Below are positions 42,691 through 55,900 of a stretch of DNA of 64,000 nt, piece after piece. Source of the DNA: Eledone cirrhosa (Eukaryota); assembly GCA_964016885.1 (NCBI GenBank), contig OZ024742.1:363320001-363384000 (forward strand), in the 5' to 3' direction. The position numbers were made by a program, and so were the translations under genes. Each line of letters begins with the position of its first letter. Positions within the stretch are counted from its first letter, which is position 1. The notes below the pieces were generated by a model. It had not been told where the DNA came from and did not search any database. It was given only the letters and a program-made list of their open reading frames with translations.

Positions 42691-42697
<7 letters not shown>
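41171..42697 (+). mobile_element. Retrozyme-like tandem: about 2.6 copies of a 540-bp HHR monomer with a 5' inverted segment
   Basis: gctttccactgattgacct starts at 41282, 41823 and 42362. 41171-41284 is the reverse complement of about 42224-42338. Ends in (TA)n; no ORF. Confidence 0.9.
41466..41547 (+). ncRNA. Hammerhead, monomer 1 (intact core); copies at 42006-42086 and 42546-42626 lack one A of GAAA
   Basis: actttc-CTGACGA-c ggaatg...cattcc a-GAAAC-TAATTA-GTT-ggaagt. Palindrome AACTAATTAGTT. Confidence 0.8.
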
Positions 42698-42770
<73 letters not shown>

Positions 42771-42775
<5 letters not shown>

Positions 42776-43208
42776 TAAACGGAATAGAAAATGCTGACAA
42801 ATTGTTCACAGTTGAAAAATGGTTTAATTAGGAATAAAAGAGTATTAGTGATTGTATGGGTTAGTATTCAGTTGTGGTTTTAAGTTTTTAAGTTTTTACC
42901 GGTTGCGCATTTCTAAATGCTTTTCAAAAATAATTTTGAGATAGAGTGTCCGTGCTGTTTGCTCTGATCTGATCGGATCTGAGCAAACAGCACGGACACT
43001 CTATCTCAAAATTATTTTTGAAAAGCATTTAGAAATGCGCAACCGGTAAAAACTTAAAAACTTAAAACCACAACTGAATACTAACCCATACAATCACTAA
43101 TACTCTTTTATTCCTAATTAAACCATTTTTCAACTGTGAACAATTTGTCAGCATTTTCTATTCCGTTTACCAATATATAATAACTTGTGTGTTACACCTC
43201 TATTCTTT

Positions 43209-43213
<5 letters not shown>
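42771..43213. mobile_element. Second copy of the family D fold-back element
   Basis: About 198-bp arms, spacer containing gatctgatcggatct, and the same right-hand tail as 18008-18445. HHR-like motif at 43015-43051. Confidence 0.92.
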
Positions 43214-43277
<64 letters not shown>

Positions 43278-43536
43278 ATATATATATATATATATACATA
43301 AATGTATATACATATTTTCCTGAGTTCGGTTTTCTTCGTCGCTATGGTTACAGCGGCCCGTCTATCGGACGCTGTATTTGATTTGCAAAGCTGTCTAAAT
43401 GTAATGTTATAACTCTAGGGTAATATTCACTATTGAATGCTTAGCTGCATACCGAAACACCCTTCGTTAGATTGGCTGCAACGAAAAGCTTCGTTGATGG
43501 TGTGCTAAAATGTGTATATATATATCTATATTTATA

Positions 43537-43605
<69 letters not shown>

Positions 43606-43619
43606 AATGTATATACATA

Positions 43620-43755
43620 CAAAGTACTCAATGCTTAGGGTAGTAGAGGGGGTAATAGGAACGAGTAGAACACCGACGGCTGAGCTGAAGCCGTTTCGAC
43701 GGCTAAACTGGACCGTCGAAAGGGCTTGAGCTCAGCCGCCGGGGTCCTACTCGTT

Positions 43756-43760
<5 letters not shown>
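43620..43760. mobile_element. Half-hammerhead family fold-back
   Basis: ggaacgagtag..cgacggctgagctgaagccgtttcgacgg / ccgtcgaaagggcttgagctcagccg..ctactcgttcc. Confidence 0.75.
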
Positions 43761-43801
<41 letters not shown>

Positions 43802-43968
43802 GATAAATCCAAAACTGAAATTTACCTTCCTCTACCTATAAATTAAGGTTCTTTTACTACTATATTACTATCTTGACCTTCACTATCTTTCTATTGGTCA
43901 ATTCAAAACCTGTTCCCAAACAGACCTATTGTATTAAATCTTTGTTGGTTTTTTTCAATAAACAAATA

Positions 43969-44106
43969 TCATTATTTCTGAAGACAGCATATATATGTGT
44001 AGGTATGTATATTCCATCTGATAGTTTGTAAACATTTTACATAGATCTATAGGATATGCATACCAACACTAACATATATATCCTAGAAACGATCTTAAAA
44101 TGATGA
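43969..44106 (+). ncRNA. Hammerhead with about 100-nt stem II
   Basis: Stem I tcattattt/aaatgatga (9 bp), CTGAAGA, stem II pairs atatatatgt/acatatatat and ggtatgtatat/atatgcatacc, GAAAC-GATC-TTA (one stem III mismatch). Confidence 0.7.
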
Positions 44107-44154
44107 ATTTTTTAATATAAGGAACTGTTTCTTTGTTTATTCATTATTTTATTA

Positions 44155-44189
<35 letters not shown>

Positions 44190-44194
<5 letters not shown>

Positions 44195-45995
44195 TTATTA
44201 AAATAACAGATTAAAGTTTAAGCAAAGAATCGCTGCTTTCACCCTTAACGGGATCTTCTGAAACTAACAAAGTCAATCTGTAAACGCAGAAGTGGATATT
44301 TCAAAAAACGTTGCAACCGGGGGAAGACAGGAAGACGATACTTTGGTTCGTGGAAACGTTCCCTTCACAAAACATACAGGTAATATATACTTACCTATGC
44401 AATTAAGTAATGGTATAAACACAACATATACGTAGCTACCACATCAAGCCGTAAAATATCCACGTATAGATCGTACTATCCATTAGGGTATAATGTGGGG
44501 CTGTAATACAGGAAAGTTTTGTGCAATTTATGTTTACAAGCCGAAATTGCCTCTGATTTTTTGTTTAAGATGTGGTCGTGGCGTAGAGTATGTCCAGGGC
44601 CTCAGCGGCGCAGAGGTCACATGGTCTTTTATTTCCGTTATACGATCTAGCCCTAGCTAGGATCTCCCAGTGTAACTTATATTGGGTGTGGTTGTCTTTT
44701 AGACTCCAGATATAAGCTGAAAGTGACGCCATATTCCTTCTTAGAGGGTAACAAAAAGAATGGGTATGCATGTAAAGACGCTGCTTGAATCTATTGGCGG
44801 TTAACCCTATGTAGGCCCTACGGGGCGTGGGTGTTTCAACCTTACATTTGTAGACAATGTTACTAGAGAGGCATTTCCCGGATAGGGGGCAATCAACCCG
44901 ATTCTTAGAATTACAGTTAGTACTAATTACAGGATTGCACGTGTTCCTACGGCTAGGTAGTTTAGCTAAATTTGAAGCTGTGATGTTATGTGCAAGGTTA
45001 GGAGTCGTAGAGTAAGAAATTTTAATAGTATTTCTATTAAATATTTTACTATATTTATGTGTAGGGGAAAATGCTTCGTAATAAGGGATAGAAAGATCTT
45101 ATTTAATGGTGTGGCCACCTCCATATTATATGGTGGGTTATACCATATAATGCGACGGGATATATTTCTTCTAGGTCTATTCTCATACGCTGTATATGCT
45201 ACCTTATCGACAAATCCACTCCGAGCAAGAGCTTCATTGTAATAAGTGGAATGGTCGTTGAAAAGATACTCGTTAGTAGATAGACGGGAAAGCCTCAACG
45301 AAATGTTTCTTACCAGGTTCTTGGTTATGCTGGCAGGATGGTTGGAATGCTTACTTATGTAATTAAGCGTATCATTCTGGTTTCTATACGGGTAATACAA
45401 GCCATTCGAAAAATTGAGGGTAACGTCAAGGTAATTAACGACCGAGAGGTTGGCCTCGTCCTGTATAGAGAAGTTGAGGCCTTTAAAGAAGGCTGTGAGT
45501 TCTTTTCTGAACCTGTCGCAAGCACGAGGGCCGCACTTAGTCATGGTCAAAATACCATCATGACGGTACAAACCACCGCCCGCATTGGGGAATTCGTCCT
45601 TGATAGAGAAAAGAAGGAAAAGCCGATAAGATCAGTAACCTCCGAAGAATCGCTGACGCCCATACTCACGTTGAATGGGGTACTATTGGATTTTTTAAAT
45701 CCAAATAGAGTCGTCGAATTTAATCACTGACTTACGGGCATTGAGGATGACATCAACTTCGAAATCCTTAACCACTGTGAGTGTTTTAGCGAAATTGATA
45801 GCTCTAAGGAGAAGTGGTAAAGTGATGGAGGAGTAGTAATTGTTGATGTTGAATTGGATAAAACGGCAATGTACCTTGTTGCATATGCCGTTGAATAAAT
45901 CAATCACCGCAAAAGAATTGTTCCACAGTGCACGAGGGGCCAAACTTCTATTTGCTCTACTGTTTGGATTTAGTCTTCAAATTTATTATTATTAC
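44190..45995 (-). mobile_element. PLE family A, longest copy (RT core to GIY-YIG) with an internal 3' deletion and a short inverted tail at 45950-45995
   Basis: FIQFNINNYYSSI, FNVSMG..DSSEVTDLIG, LYRHDG (decayed YRDD), VNYLDVTL, WYNPP, GIY-YIG. Confidence 0.9.
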
Positions 45996-46198
45996 TATAT
46001 ATATATATATATATATATGTTTGTGTGTGTGTGTGTGTGTACGTATATTAAAATGATAACATTCCAAACTTTAATTAGCAATATTACAAGACATTATGTA
46101 AACATTTAATAATTAATGTATAGGAAATAATACAAAACACATTTTGGTCAATCTTCAAATATAATTTGCTGTCCGAAGGATTTCTTTCATTTATAATA

Positions 46199-46910
<712 letters not shown>

Positions 46911-46912
46911 AT

Positions 46913-47745
46913 ATAACGGTAGTAATACTGTGGTAAATATATCCAGGATGTAGAGCTACTCGAGACTGTAGGGTGGGTTTCTATATAATTACTAAGACTA
47001 GTTACTATAATATAATATATATAACGGTAGTAATACTGTGGTAAATATATCCAAGATGTAGAGCTACTCGAGACTGTAGGGCGGGTTTCTATATAATTAC
47101 TAAGACTAGTTACTATAATATAATATATATATAACGGTAGTAATACTGTGGTAAATATATCCAAGATGTAGAGCTACTCGAGACTGTAGGGTGGGTTTCT
47201 ATATAATTACTCAGACTAGTTACTATAATATAATACATATAACTGTTTCTACTTCAGGCACAAGGCCAGCAATTACCCAGTGCATTACTGGTACTTTATT
47301 TTATCGACCCCGTAAGGATGAAAGGCAAAGTCAACCTCGGCGGGATTTGAACTCAGATAGTAAAGGGACGTAACTATGCTGGAAAGCATGGCCTCCGACC
47401 CTCTACCGATACTGCCAATCCACCACCTAATATAATATAATATATATAACGGTAGTAATACTGTGGTAAATATATCCAAGTTGTAGAGCTACTCGAGGCC
47501 GTAGGGTGGGTTTCTATATAATTACTAAGACTAGTTACTATAATATAATATATATAACGGTAGTAATACGTTGCTAAATATATCCAAGATGTAGAGCTAC
47601 TCGAGGCCGTAGGGCGGGTTTCTATATAATTACTAAGACTAGTTACTATAATATAATATATATAACGGTAGTAATACGTTGCTAAATATATCCAAGATGT
47701 AGAGCTACTCGAGGCCGTAGGGCGGGTTTCTATATAATTACTAAG
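46913..47745. repeat. 108-110-bp tandem repeat, about 6 units, split by a SINE
   Basis: ataacggtagtaatac..gtagagctactcgag..actaagactagttactataatataat at 46913, 47021, 47131 and about 47446, 47554, 47662. Confidence 0.92.
47243..47427 (-). mobile_element. Near-full-length SINE family 1 inserted into the tandem array
   Basis: Reverse complement: ggtggattggcagtatcggtagagg..gagttcaaatcccgccgagg..ggccttgtgcc..gaaacagtta. Confidence 0.88.
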
Positions 47746-48272
47746 ACCAGATACTAAAATACATATTTTCATCGTCACAGATTGAACCAGGTGGTCCTCT
47801 GAGCAACGAATCAAACGTACCTGGTATGGCGCCCTTGTATTAACTAGCCTTAATAATTGTATATATATATATATATATAAAATGAAAAATTAGAAATAGA
47901 AGTTAGGAATATCCATCATCAGTTGTCTACTAGACATCATAGGCATTTCTTCGCATTACAGGCAATATACCTCCGTCTAGGGCGATACTATAACTAAAAT
48001 AAGTTATTGGGATAAAAAGAGTTGGGTGGAGAAAGAGAGACAGGTAAAGAACACGAATGGTGAGGCAACGTATAGAGACGAAAAATGAAAAAATCATGTC
48101 AATAATTCATTTCGAACATAAGAACAGGCGAATATTGACGAGGAGACGAAAGACACATCTTAACCGTACGGATGTGAGCGTGAAGAAAGATCGCGTACGG
48201 TGTGGGACAATGGAGGAAGTGAGAGACAGGGTGGGTAGCAGAGAGTGAGTGAGTGAAAGTGCGAGGAAGAGG

Positions 48273-48326
<54 letters not shown>

Positions 48327-48358
48327 AGAACAAAAGATGGTTAAAAGAGTTCCATGTA

Positions 48359-48425
48359 TTTTATTATGCGCATTTCAAAAACAAATATCATCATGCAATA
48401 ATATTTGTGTTTTCATCAGATAAAA
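48359..48425 (-). ncRNA. Hammerhead ribozyme, left arm (intact)
   Basis: Reverse complement: ttttat-CTGATGA-long AT-rich stem II-GAAAT-GCGC-ATA-ataaaa. Palindrome ATGCGCAT. Confidence 0.82.
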
Positions 48426-48564
48426 CAGGAAGACATGATATGAAGGTTAAAAAACACTTGTGAATAGTGCAGTTTTAAATCAACATGTGTTTTAAATCAA
48501 CATATGTTAATTTAAAACTGCACTATTCACAGGTGTTTTTTAACCTTCATATCATGTCTTCCTG

Positions 48565-48631
48565 TTTTATCTGATGAAAACACAAATATTATTGCATGAT
48601 GATATTTGTTTTTGAAATCCGCATAATAAAA
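48565..48631 (+). ncRNA. Hammerhead ribozyme, right arm
   Basis: ttttat-CTGATGA-aaacacaaatattattgcatgatgatatttgttttt-GAAAT-CCGC-ATA-ataaaa. Confidence 0.8.
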
Positions 48632-48756
48632 TACATGGAACTCTTTTAACCATCTTTTGTTCTTATATATTATGTATACTCCAGTCCTACAAACTGTAGA
48701 GTGCTGCTTATCCGATATCTGCATTGCTTTATTGTACTACAATAAAACTCACCTCC

Positions 48757-48794
<38 letters not shown>

Positions 48795-49046
48795 TATATT
48801 TGTGTGTATGTATTATTTAACACCGGTACTCTCTCCAGTTATAAATATTACCTTGTCCTAATATTTCTTCATTTCGAGACTCACTTCTCTTTAATCTCAC
48901 GTATAAAATAAAGTATCAGTAATGCACTGAGATAATTGCTGGCCTTGTGCCAAAAGTAGAATTAATTATATGTATATTATATGTGTATATGTTATATGTA
49001 TATATATTACATGTATATACATTATATGTATATTCTATGTATATTC

Positions 49047-49103
<57 letters not shown>

Positions 49104-49150
49104 AATGAATAATAACAGGTAGACATCATAAAAAGGTAATTTATTCCGTG

Positions 49151-49262
49151 TGCTTACAAATGTTTCCACGGTGGTACTACAGCCTAGTTATGCTATGTGC
49201 AAATTTACAACTATTTGCAGAACTCAAATATCCAATGCTGTGACCACTGTATCCTCAGAGCA
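49151..49262 (-). ncRNA. Hammerhead with about 85-nt stem II in element about 49100-49485
   Basis: Reverse complement: tgct-CTGAGGA-tacagtggt cacagc ... gctgt agt accaccgtg-GAAAC-ATTT-GTA-agca. Confidence 0.75.
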
Positions 49263-49479
49263 GAATGGTTTAAATGTACAATGTAAATACCCTTAAGTGG
49301 GGTTGTTGGAGAAGATAGAGTAGAAAAGGAAGAGAGAAAAGTAGGGGAGAGGGAGTGAGAGAGAAAGATATGCAGGGGTTGGAGAGATAGGAGAGAGTGG
49401 TTTGTAGATATCTTAATCAAAATGTTATGATAGGGGTTTTATTATACTGGTTACTTATACACCTAGGATAATCCTATAC

Positions 49480-49565
<86 letters not shown>

Positions 49566-49587
49566 AATATATTAGAATATATATATA

Positions 49588-50120
49588 GTATATTTGGCAA
49601 TATACTGTATGCTTAATTGAAAACATTTTGAAGAACTTGCGCTATTATTTTAAAGTAGTGACAATGACACTTACTTCTTTTTTTCAACAAACAAAGGGAG
49701 ATAAGCTGACAGATCTGTTTCATACTATTGGTAATCATCAGAGCTTAGCATTCGCCGATGCCTGTTGAAAATTATAGATGTTGGATTCTTATAGAATTCC
49801 AGTAATAATCAGGAACTGATTATACAGAGCGATTGCCGGTCCAGCACAAATTGAATATTAGAACTGGAGCTCTGAAATAGCGATGTATACATGAATATAT
49901 ATATATATATATATATATATAGTGTATTTGGCAATATACTGTATGCTTAGTTAAAAACATTTTGTAGACCTTGCGCTAAAAATGAAGTAAGTGACATAGT
50001 CACTACTTTAAAATGATAGCGCAAGGTCTTCAAAATGTTTTAAATTAGCATACAGTATATTGCCAAATATACTATATATATATTCATGTATATATCGCTA
50101 TTTCAGAGCACGAATTCTAA
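49588..50120. mobile_element. HHR element with scrambled direct and inverted duplications of its ends
   Basis: 49921-49978 repeats 49588-49645 directly. 49983-50075 and 50080-50120 are inverted copies of the two ends. Confidence 0.75.
49702..49747 (-). ncRNA. Canonical minimal hammerhead ribozyme
   Basis: Reverse complement: taagct-CTGATGA-t tac caata gta t-GAAAC-AGATCT-GTC-agctta. GUC triplet, palindrome ACAGATCTGT. Confidence 0.88.
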
Positions 50121-50518
50121 TATATATACTATACGTACATATATTATATATATATTATATGTATATATATTATATGTATACATATTATATGTTTATATAT
50201 TTTACATATATATAATATATATATATTATATGTATATTATATGTATATATATTATATGTATATATATCATATGTATATTATATTTACCTTTAAAGATTTT
50301 CATGAATTAAAATCATTAGTTTTCAGGAAATCCATCTATTGGTTTAAGTCTAATATTTATTTCATGAATTTAGTTCCATATTCTAGAATCTTTCTTGAAT
50401 AAGGAGCTTTGTGTATCCCTAATGTTATACTTTATTTCATTTGTAGACACGTGCGCAAATCCCAGATAAAATGTTGTAAATTCCGTCTGGAACTTTGCAT
50501 TTATTTTTCATTATTACA

Positions 50519-50742
50519 AGGGCGATGGGTTGGCAGAATCGGTACAATATAGGACAATATGCTTTACAGCATATAGTTACAGCCCTTTACGTTCTGATTT
50601 CAAATACCACCGAGGTTAGCTTTGACTTTCATATTTACGGATTCCATAAAATAAAGTACCAGTCACACACTGGGATTAATTTAATTGACTTTCCCCAACC
50701 CCAAAATTGCTGGCCTTGATACTAAATCAGAAACGATTATTT
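50519..50742 (+). mobile_element. SINE family 1, older copy
   Basis: ttggcagaatcgg..ttcaaatac..gagg..tttcat..ataaaataaagtaccag..attgctggcctt. Confidence 0.75.
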
Positions 50743-50793
50743 ATTACATACACACACACACACATATATATATATACACACACACACACACAC

Positions 50794-50866
<73 letters not shown>

Positions 50867-51303
50867 ATTAGCAGTTACTAACACAGCATGATCCAGTTTA
50901 TGCACTTATATTGAATATAATTCTATATATTCGTGTATAATATAACTACACTACATATCACCTGATTACCGCTTGAAATAGTTACTGTGAGTCTTATACA
51001 AGATTAGTATTCGTGAACATGTTACCTATGATTCCATGTACACTTCTCTATCCTTCACTCTCTCTCTCTCTTTCCTCTCTCTCTCTCACTCCCCCCTCTC
51101 TCTCTCTCCTTCTCCGTATGTGTATATATATGAAAAGATTCAGGACCCCAACGGCTGAGCTCTGGCCGTTTCGACAGCTAGTTCCTATCTGATACACACA
51201 CACACACATACACATACACATACACACACAAATATATATATATTTTAATAAATATATATATATATACACGTGTGTGTGTGTGTGTCGGGTAACCACAGTA
51301 AGT

Positions 51304-51381
<78 letters not shown>

Positions 51382-52502
51382 ATATGTGTGTATATATATA
51401 TATGCACATCAATACTCATATCTCTTCAGGATTCAACCTCTACGAAATCTCCAAATAATATTTTTATCGGGTACAGTCTAACACATATTATACTTTCCTC
51501 AAAGTTGGTAGCATTAATGTGTTAGTCTTAGGATGGATTATTGAATCTAGAAAGTAATAATTCAGTTTAGCATGACACTACTAAAGATATGTATATATAT
51601 ATATATATATTCTCGCTCTAGTTGTGATGCTAGATGCCAGTACCATTGGTGTTTCCAGATAAAATGGTGTTACGGTAGTTTAAAGTCAAAGATAACTAAA
51701 TATTAGTTTTTAGTGTAAGAAATGTTCTCAGGTTCACTCGGTCTGTTTCTATGATGTGCAGAAATGCATGTTGCGTCATGGTCCCAGTGGGTAGGATTAC
51801 TTTGGCGTTATTAATTTGAAATATTTCACTATATTTCTTGTAGACCGAGTGACTGTATATAAGAGAAAACAAAGGTGAAATCTTTTAAAGGGAAGAGAAA
51901 AATAACTCCTCTCCCTTTCTAGAATCTTTTATTAGGAGTATGAAATCATCTACGAGGTGTAGAGTTTAAAGCTTCTGTTTCCATATTTCTAATGAAAGTT
52001 ATTGCTTAGGAGTTTGAAATAATTGAAAAACTGATCAAGAAACTAAAACGACTTATCTTTTATCATTGAGCTACTCTTTGTGTTATAATATATAGGTTAC
52101 TACAAACATGTTATGATGAATAAGTTAGATAAATATAAATAGTTTTGTAGCATATATCCAGGTCAGTTTTAAGTGTATCCAAATATATAAATAACAAACC
52201 TATAGTCTTATTCGCGGCTGTCATAACTCTAGTAATTTTCTCACCTCACGAAGATGAGCTTTTTATCTGTCGGCCTTAACTCGCTTCATCGTAACTAGGT
52301 AGCTTGGGATTCAGAGATAACATTGTCACAGATTACTCCACCTCCTTTTGTAGCTTACCGTTCCTTGTTCTCGAGTTGCTTTAATCATCGGACAGGAGCC
52401 CACTTCAATGTCAACATACCCTCATAGCTTGTGGCCTTCTTACCTTTTACCCCTGCTAAATTGCCAGGTATATATAAAACCCGTAGAGAAAATACTTATT
52501 AT

Positions 52503-52634
52503 TAGTACAGATTAAAGTTTAAGCAAAGAATCGCTGCTTTCCACATATTATGGGATCTTCTGAAACTCTACTTTCAGAGGATACCGTAATATGGTGAAAG
52601 TAGCGATTCTTTGCTTAAACTTTAATCTGTACTA

Positions 52635-52636
<2 letters not shown>
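52503..52636. mobile_element. Mini fold-back made of two family-A-related HHR variants
   Basis: Arms gtacagattaaagtttaagcaaagaatcgct../..agcgattctttgcttaaactttaatctgtac. Right arm CAGAGGA-tacc gtaatat ggt-GAAAG. Confidence 0.75.
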
Positions 52637-52678
<42 letters not shown>

Positions 52679-52960
52679 GAGGAAAAGGGTGCGTGACATT
52701 TTACATTTTAATTCATTGTCTTATATTGTCGAATGCATTCAAATGACATTAGGTAATAGTTAGGCATTGTTGTCAGGCAGGTGTTTAATATAACAATATT
52801 TCTGTGCTTGCTTGCTGACATGGACGCTGCTTAGTTTTGTGCCTCAAAGTATGTCCCCTAAATTGAGGGTTCGGTAAAAACAAAATCAATAAACTGTATA
52901 TGATATCTGATGAAAATAAATATAATTGTTTTTTGGTTTGTTCTCATTGCTGCTTAGAGT

Positions 52961-55900
52961 TTGGTTAAAGCTGTTGATATATAGTATTATAATAGTTAGG
53001 TTAAAGCTGTTGATATATAGTATTATAATAGTTAGGTTAAAGCTGTTGATATATAGTATTATAATAGTTAGGTTAAAGCTGTTGATATATAGTATTATAA
53101 TAGTTAGGTTAAAGCTGTTGATATATAGTATTATAATAGTTAGGTTAAAGCTATTGATATATAGTATTATAATAGTTAGGTTAAAGCTGTTGATATATAG
53201 TATTATAATAGTTAGGTTAAAGCTGTTGATATATAGTATTATAATAGTTAGGTTAAAGCTGTTGATATATAGTATTATAATAGTTAGGTTAAAGCTGTTG
53301 ATATATAGTATTATAATAGTTAGGTTAAAGCTATTGATATATAGTATTATAATAGTTAGGTTAAAGCTGTTGATATATAGTATTATAATAGTTAGGTTAA
53401 AGCTGTTGATATATAGTATTATAATAGTTAGGTTAAAGCTGTTGATATATAGTATTATAATAGTTAGGTTAAAGCTGTTGATATATAGCATTATAATAGT
53501 TAGGTTAAAGCTGTTGATATATAGCATTATAATAGTTAGGTTAAAGCTGTTGATATATAGCATTATAATAGTTAGGTTAAGGCTGTTGATATATAGCATT
53601 ATAATAGTTAGGTTAAAGCTGTTGATATATAGTATTATAATAGTTAGGTTAAAGCTGATGATATATAGCATTATAATAGTTAGGTTAAAGCTGTTGATAT
53701 ATAGTATTATAATAGCTAGGTTAAAGCTGTTGATATATAGTATTATAATAGTTAGGTTAAAGCTGTTGATATATAGTATTATAATAATTAGGTTAAAGCT
53801 GTTGATATATAGCATTATAATAGTTAGGTTAAAGCTGTTGATATATAGTATTATAATAGTTAGGTTAAAGCTGATGATATATAGCATTATAATAGTTAGG
53901 TTAAAGCTGTTGATATATAGCATTATAATAGTTAGGTTAAAGCTGTTGATATATAGCATTATAATAGTTAGGTTAAGGCTGTTGATATATAGCATTATAA
54001 TAGTTAGGTTAAAGCTGTTGATTTATAGCATTATAATAGTTAGGTTAAGGCTGTTGATATATAGCATTATAATAGTTAGGTTAAAGCTGTTGATTTATAG
54101 CATTATAATAGTTAGGTTAAGGCTGTTGATATATAGCATTATAATAGCTAGGTTAAAGCTGTTGATATATGGTATTATAATAGTTAGGTTAAAGCTGTTG
54201 ATATATAGTAGTATAATAGTTTAGTTAAAGCTGTTGATATATAGCATTATAATAGTTAGGTTAAAGCTGTTGATATATAGTATTATAATAGTTAGGTTAA
54301 AGCTGTTGATATATAGTATTATAATAGTTAGGTTCAAGCTTTTGATATATAGTATTATAATAGTTTGGTTAAAGCTGTTGATATATAGTATTATTATTGT
54401 TTGCTTAAAGCTGTTGATATATAGTATTATAATAGTTAGGTTAAAGCTGTTGATATATATTATTATAATAGTTAGGTTAAAGCTGTTGATATATAGTATT
54501 ATAATAGTTAGGTTAAAGCTGTTGATATATAGTATTATAATAGTTAGGTTAAAGCTGTTGATATATAGTATTATAATAGTTAGGTTAAAGCTGTTGATAT
54601 ATAGTGTTATAATAGTTAGGTTAAAGCTGTTGATATATAGCATTATAATAGTTAGGTTAAAGCTGTTGATATGTAGTATTATAATAGTTAGGTTAAAGCT
54701 GTTGATATATAGTATTATAATAGTTAGGTTAAAGCTGTTGATATATAGTATTATAATAGTTAGGTTAAAGCTGTTGATATATAGTATTATAATAGTTAGG
54801 TTAAAGCTGTTGATATATAGTATTATAATAGTTAGGTTAAAGCTGTTGATATATAGAATTATAATAGTTAGGTTAAAGCTGTTGATATATAGCATTATAA
54901 TAGTTAGGTTAAAGCTGTTGATATATAGCATTATAATAGTTAGGTTAAAGCTGTTGATATATAGTATTATAATAGTTAGGTTAAAGCTGTTGATATATAG
55001 TAGTATAATAGTTTGGTTAAAGCTGTTGATATATAGTATTATAATAGTTAGGTTAAAGCTGTTGATATATAGTATTATAATAGTTAGGTTAAAGCTGTTG
55101 ATATATAGTATTATAATAGTTAGGTTAAAGCTGTTGATATATAGTATTATAATAGTTAGGTTAAAGCTGTTGATATATAGCATTATAATAGTTAGGTTAA
55201 AGCTGTTGATATATAGCATTATAATAGTTAGGTTAAAGCTGTTGATATATAGTATTATAATAGTTAGGTTAAAGCTGTTGATATATAGTAGTATAATAGT
55301 TTGGTTAAAGCTGTTGATATATAGTATTATAATAGTTAGGTTAAAGCTGTTGATATATAGTATTATAATAGTTAGGTTAAAGCTGTTGATATATAGTATT
55401 ATAATAGTTTGGTTAAAGCTGTTGATATATAGTATTATAATAGTTAGGTTAAAGCTGTTGATATATAGTATTATAATAGTTAGGTTAAGCTGTTGATATA
55501 TAGTATTATAATAGTTAGGTTAAAGCTGTTGATATATAGTAGTATAATAGTTTGGTTAAAGCTGTTGATATATAGTATTATAATAGTTAGGTTAAAGCTG
55601 TTGATATATAGCATTATAATAGTTAGGTTAAAGCTGTTGATATATAGCATTATAATAGTTAGCTTAAAGCTGTTGATATATAGTATTATAATAGTTAGGT
55701 TAAAACTGTTGATATGTAGTATTATAATAGTTAGGTTAAAGTTGTTGATATATAGCATTATAATAGTTAGGTTAAAGCTGTTGATATGTAGTATTATAAT
55801 AGTTATGTTAAAGCTGTTGATATATAGTATTATAATAGTTAGGTTAAAGCTGTTGATTTATAGTATTATAATAGTTTGGTTAAAGCTGTTGATATATAGT

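Larger units (their letters stand above)
48322..48760. mobile_element. Fold-back HHR element with a 95-nt right-hand tail
   Basis: About 160-bp inverted arms; the spacer duplicates tttaaatcaacat; (TA)n flanks. Confidence 0.9.

Noticed and set aside
46913-47745. CRISPR-like periodicity
   Set aside because: Whole units repeat with no unique spacers, no cas genes, and the context is eukaryotic.
52240-52310. CGAAGA-tgagc...gcttcat-cGTAAC-TAG-GTA hammerhead-like motif
   Set aside because: Both core halves are mutated and stem I is unsupported.
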